Below are positions 57,801 through 64,000 of a DNA stretch of 64,000 nucleotides, piece by piece (position 1 is the first letter of the stretch; each line of letters starts with the position of its first letter). Under the pieces are notes generated by a model. That model made no database searches. It saw nothing but the letters and a program-made list of their open reading frames with translations, and was not told the origin of the DNA. A program made the translations under genes and the position numbers. Origin of the DNA: Setoptus koraiensis (lineage: Eukaryota; Animalia; Arthropoda); NCBI GenBank assembly GCA_048013815.1, contig CM106586.1:14880001-14944000 (forward strand), given 5' to 3'.

Positions 57801-59938
57801 TGATTTTGTTCCAATTCGCGAAAGAATTTCGAATAATTCACGGCGTCGGGCGCGTGCTGCTGTCGCTCGCTGTCGGCGGCCAGCAGCGAGTCCAGCGGCA
57901 CCACCAGATCGGACTGGGCCGCGTCGCGCCGGCTCGGCTCGCCAGCGGCCAACTGTTGACGGCCCCTCACATCGGCCGCCACCTGTGTCACTAGGCGGCG
58001 CAGTTGGCGCCTCAGCCCGTCCACATTCCACTGGTCTGTGTTGCTGTTGTCTGTACTGTTGTTTGTGCTGCTGTCTGTGCTGCTCTCGCTGGGGGCCCCT
58101 TCCGGTTGCGCGCTGCTCCGGGCCGCTGTTTGCAGCAGCGCCCGTATGAACTGGACCACTGCGGTGCGCTCGCGGGCCGCGCACGGGTCCGCCAGAGCGA
58201 GCCGCAGCACGTACCCGTTGCCCAGGTGACGCTTTAGGAACAAGCTCGAGCCGGAGCACACTATCTTGCCTCGGGACATTATGGCTATCCGGTCGCCCAA
58301 ATGGTCGGCCTCCTCCATGTGTTGTGTACTGATTAATATGGCCCGCTCCCGTCGGTAATGTTTCACTATGGCCCAAATGGATTCGCGCGACTCCGGATCC
58401 AAACCGGAACTTGGCTCGTCCAGTATCAGTACCTGTTGCTGGTCGCCTATCAACGCCATGGCCAGGCTCAATTTGCGCACCATTCCGCCCGACAATTGGC
58501 CCACCAGACTGGCCTCTTTGCCTTGCAATTTTACGCCCGCCACCACGGATTGGATAATTTGTTTGCACGCTCTGGCGTTGTTATTCAAACATTTGATTCC
58601 CGCCATCAGACGCAAGTGCTCCTCCACTGTCATATGATCGAAACATATGCTCGACTGGGGACAGTAGCCCAGCGCCAGTCTGGCCAGCATGCGATCCCTG
58701 GCGATGTTGTGCGCGGCGCCCCCAATGGTGATGTAACCGTCGTCCAGCGACAGCAGCCCAATTATCATTTTCATGAGCGTGGTCTTGCCGGCGCCGTTGT
58801 GGCCCAACAGAATGGTCGTTTGGGCCTTGTACACCGTCAACGACAGATCGTCCACCACGGGCTGGCCGCCGGCGGGCCCGCCGTAACTCTTGCTCACGCG
58901 GCTCATCCTGATGCCCGGCTGCAGGCCTTCCGGTTCCGGTTCGTTGAGCAGGCCGTGGCAGGCGGCCAGCAGCTTGCGTCTGGCCTCGTCGCCATTATTA
59001 TCACTATTGTTGTTATCGTTATAATTAGCATTGTTATTATTGGGTGGCCGTTGCCTGGTGGGGCGCTTACTGGTGTTGCCGGCGGTGCTGTCGTCGTCCT
59101 GCATGCAGTACCACGAGATCAGCATGGAGAAGGCGCTCGCGAACGCCATCGCCAGCCAAATGAAGCCCAACGGAAGCTTGCGCCGCGATATCAGTGTGAA
59201 TGCCTGGTCGAATCGCAGATCTATGTTGCCCACAATGTGATCGTTTAACTCGAACAGGGCGCATTGGGGCAGCATGGAATTGAAGAAGGTGATGAGATGC
59301 ACGAATGCGTCACTAGGGAAACCCAATTGAAATTCCAGAATAACTCTCACTGTTTTGCTCATAAACCAAATCAATATGCTAATGGTGATCATTGTGGACG
59401 GTTGTTGAGCCTGTCTAAACAGACAATTGTTGCATAATAAATAACTGAATGACACTGTTTGCAGTGCGTGCAGCGTGTATGTGATGAGCAAAAACGGTAA
59501 ATAGGAACAAACTAATATTGTGTAACGTAAACACAATGCCAAATACAGTGCCATGGTAAATGTTATAATTAAATCAAATGACAGGTTAGATAAATAATAG
59601 GCAGACTTCTTGCAGCCCATAACAAATAGCAGTGTTTGCTGTTGATGGTATCGCTCACTACACAGTCTATTAACAATTAATATTAGGTGCAACAAATATC
59701 CAAACACCACAAATGAGTCCAATGTGATAAATGGGGGCACAACTCTGTGCAAATAGCACGTTTCGCCCGGCTTAACGGGATTATAGAAGCCATAACGGAA
59801 TAATATTATCACAGTCAATGGGGCCAGCACGCTCAACAGGCTTCTAATGTACAAGCGCTTGCTTACAATTAACAATTTCCAAATCAAAATTCTGTACTGA
59901 GTGCAGAAGATGGAGCCCTCGGACAGCTCCATCGTCAT
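54866..59938 (-). CDS. ABC transporter subfamily A, full transporter, intronless, 1690 aa, lacking both large extracellular domains
   Basis: TMD-NBD-TMD-NBD. NBD1: GHNGAGKTT, LSGGMVRKL, LILDEPSSGLDP. NBD2: GVNGAGKST, LSGGTKRKL, LLLDEPTSGVDP, SSHAMEECEA. ABCA regulatory motifs GSSLFLKRHLGNGY and SLEDVFL. Confidence 0.95.
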   Translation of the reverse strand: MTMELSEGSIFCTQYRILIWKLLIVSKRLYIRSLLSVLAPLTVIILFRYGFYNPVKPGETCYLHRVVPPFITLDSFVVFGYLLHLILIVNRLCSERYHQQQTLLFVMGCKKSAYYLSNLSFDLIITFTMALYLALCLRYTILVCSYLPFLLITYTLHALQTVSFSYLLCNNCLFRQAQQPSTMITISILIWFMSKTVRVILEFQLGFPSDAFVHLITFFNSMLPQCALFELNDHIVGNIDLRFDQAFTLISRRKLPLGFIWLAMAFASAFSMLISWYCMQDDDSTAGNTSKRPTRQRPPNNNNANYNDNNNSDNNGDEARRKLLAACHGLLNEPEPEGLQPGIRMSRVSKSYGGPAGGQPVVDDLSLTVYKAQTTILLGHNGAGKTTLMKMIIGLLSLDDGYITIGGAAHNIARDRMLARLALGYCPQSSICFDHMTVEEHLRLMAGIKCLNNNARACKQIIQSVVAGVKLQGKEASLVGQLSGGMVRKLSLAMALIGDQQQVLILDEPSSGLDPESRESIWAIVKHYRRERAILISTQHMEEADHLGDRIAIMSRGKIVCSGSSLFLKRHLGNGYVLRLALADPCAARERTAVVQFIRALLQTAARSSAQPEGAPSESSTDSSTNNSTDNSNTDQWNVDGLRRQLRRLVTQVAADVRGRQQLAAGEPSRRDAAQSDLVVPLDSLLAADSERQQHAPDAVNYSKFFRELEQNQHKLGIESFGIACPSMEDVFNNISMLHQPRKVASTQEIQEFKVTRGTADQYVSLVTGSGQLGSSWRDLESAKPTAMDGDDVMDLFALSAHDKLTGLPLWWQHVRATTRRHLILLRNNWLAGVGLRLFYLALTYMMAIVVSHIRMRQLPLLQQMIISYTLYTGLPFVLPFMVSQYIYLSNRDKVSDGSKFMQQMAGLSPVTYWLVQYVFDVPSMLLNGLLYIVPVIAFDRTQPFSVQSLAHSGATNGQVYATFVGVIAGFSSGSALLSYSVSGLFSTGSMALVAMAMYQVLTFLVTSGAIVTCHRSSQRAYELYLKLATYLNPGFAVTDAIRKLYQAAAPYDNQSSDSDGHDDLSLQAINQQLAEEVSKPFQHLIDKFNCSAAVANGRPHSMNGGPPPPPTPSTLFSTDINSGILVNCYSLIVYNVAALLLLIAAENSDTLLAGFWRCVGALATAAGDITQGPSRRPRQRAPQPLQQPAKWAETSMDDTDSLAGTSKGDTLLVVDASVERERTRAGQCVGLAPVFVPATEQGAATHCSDSNSGSVSAACCSINGPPQFNSSQFNSSQFSSTQFNNSAQLKGAGDTAAGHAVPLVALNLSKSYKRLLAVDSLSVALNEAECFGLLGVNGAGKSTTFAMISTKIRPDAGGRLVCLGHCAHRQRDSYRKQLGYDPQSSVTLYNLTCRQTLRHMALIRGMAAGRDVEQAVQALLSVFDMQEHANKRMSELSGGTKRKLSLALAMICVPPVLLLDEPTSGVDPLSRRSIWQCIVNCKQRHNCSIVISSHAMEECEAICDRIALMANGRLYCLGTFQQLRKKYSQGYLIRVQFDCSSAASSTFSSGYLKSDEQASVGTATLTSSSPSSTSSSSPSLLGHVNASFVSDGDDLHTTTGAHKLMADLQQQLTHNLMARSSSISLDYVNIYSVVYRVTDDLITRSQLFEWMEAEREAALPAVNFSYLISDTSLEDVFLTFARRMKRSAP

Positions 59939-59989
59939 GGGTAAATGGCTCGTATTGTATACAAATAATGTGTATCAAAATTTGGTCGA

Positions 59990-60055
59990 ATGATGCTCGA
60001 TGATTCTAAATGATGCTCGATGATTCTAAATGATGCTCGACGATTCTAAATGACG
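59990..60055. repeat. 20-bp tandem repeat AATGATGCTCGA(T/C)GATTCTA x3
   Basis: Read directly, about 50 bp upstream of the ABCA ATG. Confidence 0.9.
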
Positions 60056-63000
60056 CTCAGTGGTGCCGAACGGCGCTGAACAGAAAACAATTGTTGCGCT
60101 AACGAGCTAGTGAGCTCATCTTGAAAATCTGTCTGTCTGTCTGTCTGTCTGTATGTGTCGCTCGCTGTCACCATGACAATATTGCGCAACATTACTAATA
60201 ATAAGTCACCATTAACATCAGACCGTGATTCATCGCCTACGCTAGGCAGGTATAGTTTTCAGGTTCAGTGTAATGTTAGGCAAACACACCATACAGCTTT
60301 GGCCTAGCGCAACTACATCTTGATTACAGCCAATCGCTGCCAATCTGTTGCCTAATGCGACTAATTTAGTCCAATAATGTCAGCCCCGGCTCGCCAATTG
60401 CCTCACACCGTGTACCGCACCATGTTGCATTGTTACCACATGTATAGTTGGCGAGATATTAACTGGATACATACATTGCGGGAATATGCAAGCGGCAGCA
60501 AGCGAGCAGCGCAGGCAAAGGAGGCGCCCGATTCACCTAGTGCCCATAGATCGCATCGACGCCATATCAAGCTATTTGGTGTCTCGTTACAGCGACGATT
60601 ATCGGCGATGCCAATCTTGGCACTTTTTGTGATAAGTAAATAGATCGGCTTAGATGCTGCCCTGGCACACATATAGCCAAACGAGACATAGCCAAACGAA
60701 ACATGTAGCCAAACGAACAAGGCAAACAAGGATGACTCAAGTTGCTCTCTGTGAGTGTGCAATTGATTTGATTTGTTCGGAGTGATTTATTCTTGATTTG
60801 ATTGAACAGCATTAGAGCATTTCCTTGCGTGAGATACACACTTACATTCGCACACCACACCATTGTATGCGTGAATATGCTGCAAGTTGCAGTAGTCCAA
60901 TAGTGAAAGGTTCCCCTCGGCTCACTAATTAATCATTATCTCAGATAGGAGATGATGATTGTGTGATGTGACTGCTGATTAAATATGATCATATTGTCTG
61001 ATCAAAACGCCGTGCCCCTCCAAACGATTGTTGCGTCCATCAGATATCGTGTGAAATGTCTTGTGAGACCGTCCCAAGTAAATACCTACTCTCAAATATG
61101 ACAGTGTTATTATTCAAACGATCGCGCGATTGCAACATTGCCATTTTCGCCCTCGAGCCTACTTAACATACAATGTATATCAACATGCTCAATGCTGATA
61201 TTAATCTAGTTGGTAGCTCACACAAAGCACAAGCCATTCACTGTTGAGATTGGCTGCAGATAAAGATCCTTCGATCTTCGAAAGGGGAACAAAAGGGTGC
61301 CATTACACTTGCTACTAGCAAGTAGCCAGACTGGGGTGTTTGCAAACAAATGTGCATGGTCTGTTGATTTCGGTTGCGCACTGTCCCTGCGTATTGCTGG
61401 TGCACAACAGCGACGAAAGAATTGCATTCGTCGTCTAGATGGACGAGATAATCGAAAATCCGATCCAAGGTGGAATCGGTTATTGTTTTATCGGTTTTAT
61501 CGGATTGACATTAGCTACTAGCAGATACAAAGTGACGCTGGCGGTAGCTGCCACTGTGACACTTGATTGTACACTTAATATGAGTTTGCCTCAAGTCAAT
61601 ATCATCAGTTCATGGGATCTGAAACTTTGTATATACTGGTATGTATGTTATGATATGATATGATTAGTCAAGGAAACGTCTCCTCGACTATTGGTTGTTG
61701 CATAATTAACTATATAGTTACTATCATGAAACTATCGCTATCAAGTGGCAATACAACAAGTGGCGATGTAACAAGAGGCAACGATACAACAATAGAGTGA
61801 CTTGATAAGTACTGGCACAAGTTGTAGTCAGCAATCACTAGCAGCAAGAGCAATGATAATAATAACAAAAATGCCTTGTCAGTGTCAATGGTAGTTTGTA
61901 ACGATGGCAGCCAAGGTCATCTTGACAACAGGACTAAAGCTAGAGTTACTAGCCCCTTTATTTACTCTCGTGACAAGAGTCTTGTCGGGTCATCAGTGGC
62001 GCGCCTCATCATGCTAATACGGGATTTTCTTCATCCTTATCTGTATTCTGCGGATTTGAACACTCTCACAGTTGCCAGATATTTGGCTTTCACTTGGCAT
62101 CAGTCGGATTGTCAAGTTGTGATTGCATCATATCGCTGGCGCAATCCAGGCTGCAATACAAACATTTGTCTGATCTGATTCAGTTCGCTATTGTTAATGT
62201 ATCTGATTATGACCGGCAATGGGATGAGGCGAGCTGTCCATCCCGAGCAACCTATCATAACTGGATCATGTATCAACATGCTGAATGCATATCAACAATT
62301 GTTCGTGCCAACTCGATCTAACGAGGCCCATTTCTCTCAACTAACCTTAACGTTGCAATTAGCGACGCAATTAGCGATAAAACTGGCCAGCTTGTTCGTG
62401 GACAGTGCCATACAGTAGTGCAGTTAGACTGGCGACAAATGTGTCACTTATTCGCACTTGGGCTGTTTGAGACAACTCGAGACTGAGAATTGTCTCAGTT
62501 GTTTGTTTTTCTCGTTGTTTGTGTTCCGATGAAATGCACACGCGAATAATAATGACCAAGTATAAACAAATTCACTGTAATTTTGTTCAACGGCACGACA
62601 CTCAACGGCAACTGACACAATGTTGCCGAGGCAAACACACAAAACGCAAACACCTAGCTAATGTATCGTTTCTTTCTCGGCCACACAACAATATTTAATG
62701 ACCATAATTCCTGTTAACGCTACTTTTACTGCAGCCAGCCAACAACAATACCCGACAACGAGGAAGCCGATTCTGGCAAACAATTCGCTCAAGCCAGACA
62801 CTTGTTGTCGACGACAACTATTGAAAGAAAGGAAGTAAGAATCAATGAGGTGTACAATAGTGTTGCGACTAAAAATAACAAGTCAAAACTACAATGGGCT
62901 AGTTGTGCAAATTGTATTAGGGGGGCTCGTGTGCGTTACTGGCACCAACTAACAATGTGTTGGACATTAGTGGCTGGATATTTGGTATCTGGAGACACAC

Positions 63001-63698
63001 TTCATGCGTCACCAAATACTATCAGGTGAACGCTGGCATGTCTCACGCGTTTGCAGCATGCCACAAGAGGATCCAGTAATTTAAGGCTTTAGCTAGTCGA
63101 TGAACCTGCAACTTGATAAGCACAGATCAGCCCACTTGCTCGTTATCTTAAATATCTTGCATTATTGCAAATGTAATGTATTCAATATAATTAGCGCCAA
63201 TTCGATGGAATTACCTGGTTGTTTGTTCACACCTAACTGGACACAAGCTGCCACTTGCACACACTTGCTGCTTGCAGTTGAATAATTGGCTCCAAATGAA
63301 ACTTATTAATAGCCTGCTAATGAGATGCAAAAAATCAGACATTCTCTGGCAGTCGTCGTGGCAAGACAATTCAATTAAAAGTAGATTAAAACAAAAGAAA
63401 AGAAACGAAAATCAACCACGTACAATCTAATCAGTTTTGCAAACACAATAGTGGTCAAAGATCGTACAAATCATACAAAAGTGAGCATCGTCCGATAGTA
63501 GTAAATCATCGCTCGCCAACTAAATCAACCACAGAACGCAAACAATGACGCCTCTTTCTGTAAGCAATCTAACGACTGGTCGACGCAAATATATCACAAT
63601 TTGATTCGAAACTCGCAAATCAAACAACTTAACTAACACAAACTTATGTCTCACACATATTTTCACATATCCAAACATTTGCAATCTAGAACTACAAC

Positions 63699-63974
63699 AT
63701 GTTGAGAAGTATACTTTTGATAGGTGTAACAAGTGCAATATTACTAGTGCTATTAACGCCATGCCAAACACGAGCAGATGAACTAGAATCGGCCGAATCT
63801 GTGGCAAAGGGAGCTGGAGCCGGGGGTGTCATCGTGGCCAAGGGTGGCAAGGCCGCTGCGGGCGCCGCCGGGTTTAAGACTGGGGGAGCGGCCGCCGCCG
63901 GTTTTAAAGGAGCAGCGGCAGGTGCCAAGGGCGGCGCCAAAGGATTTGCAAGCGGAGCAGCGGGATTCAAAAAG
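63699..63974 (+). CDS. Secreted Gly/Ala/Lys-rich protein, first exon (probably continues beyond the window)
   Basis: ATG 63699, signal peptide MLRSILLIGVTSAILLVLLTPCQTRA, then DELESAESVAKGAGAGG...AAGFKTGGAAAAGFKGAAAGAKGGAKGFASGAAGFKK. Probable donor AAG|GTGAAT at 63974/63975. Confidence 0.75.
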
Positions 63975-64000
63975 GTGAATTAGCGAGTCTGACATGTTCA

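Noticed and set aside
50098-59248. Plus-strand ORFs 50098-51084, 51289-52227 and 58358-59248
   Set aside because: Antisense shadows of GC3-rich minus-strand genes.
54866-59938. Bacterial origin or contamination of the GC-rich, intronless ABC gene
   Set aside because: It has the eukaryotic full-length ABCA architecture with regulatory-domain motifs and host-like low-complexity insertions, and a spliced neighbouring gene.
18621-59938. Six co-oriented minus-strand genes as an operon-like polycistron
   Set aside because: Separate AATAAA signals (~46725, ~54765-54787) and a TATA box (46636-46643) point to independent transcription units.
60100-63600. Short ORFs and small hairpins upstream of ABCA
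   Set aside because: No domain similarity, no tRNA or known miRNA sequence recognised, and the hairpins are short enough to occur by chance.

Overview
Eukaryotic genomic DNA with GT-AG introns of about 90-240 nt, most consistent with a mite. An eriophyoid-like acariform is inferred from intronless housekeeping genes and composition, not proven. There are two compositional domains. (1) About 1-14.6 kb is AT-rich and gene-dense. It holds the 3' six exons of diacylglycerol kinase theta, an intronless DIS3/RRP44 whose PIN active site carries three acid-to-Arg substitutions, a shortened UBF-like HMG-box ORF and decayed gene fragments. It also holds a secreted serine protease and two spliced Kunitz inhibitor paralogues (P1 Phe vs Arg), each sitting between copies of a decayed minus-strand repeat. 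(2) After an ATCCG-rich hAT/MITE-like patch at about 14.65-15.18 kb, the DNA is more GC-rich, packed with microsatellites and short tandem arrays, and enriched for ACAGGT. It carries six co-oriented minus-strand genes: two long low-complexity putatively secreted proteins, an intronless LRR protein, a small secreted Q/P-rich protein, a four-exon ~2,146-aa type I membrane protein with six ependymin/LolA-like repeats plus a PAN domain, and an intronless full-size ABCA transporter lacking both large extracellular domains. A Gly/Ala/Lys-rich secreted protein starts at the right edge. The most interesting hypothesis is that the ECD-less ABCA and the adjacent LolA-like repeat protein form a two-component lipid export system. 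Most ORFs in the supplied track between 15 and 33 kb are repeat artefacts or antisense shadows. No CRISPR array, tRNA or rRNA was found. Homology calls come from remembered family motifs, not from database searches.
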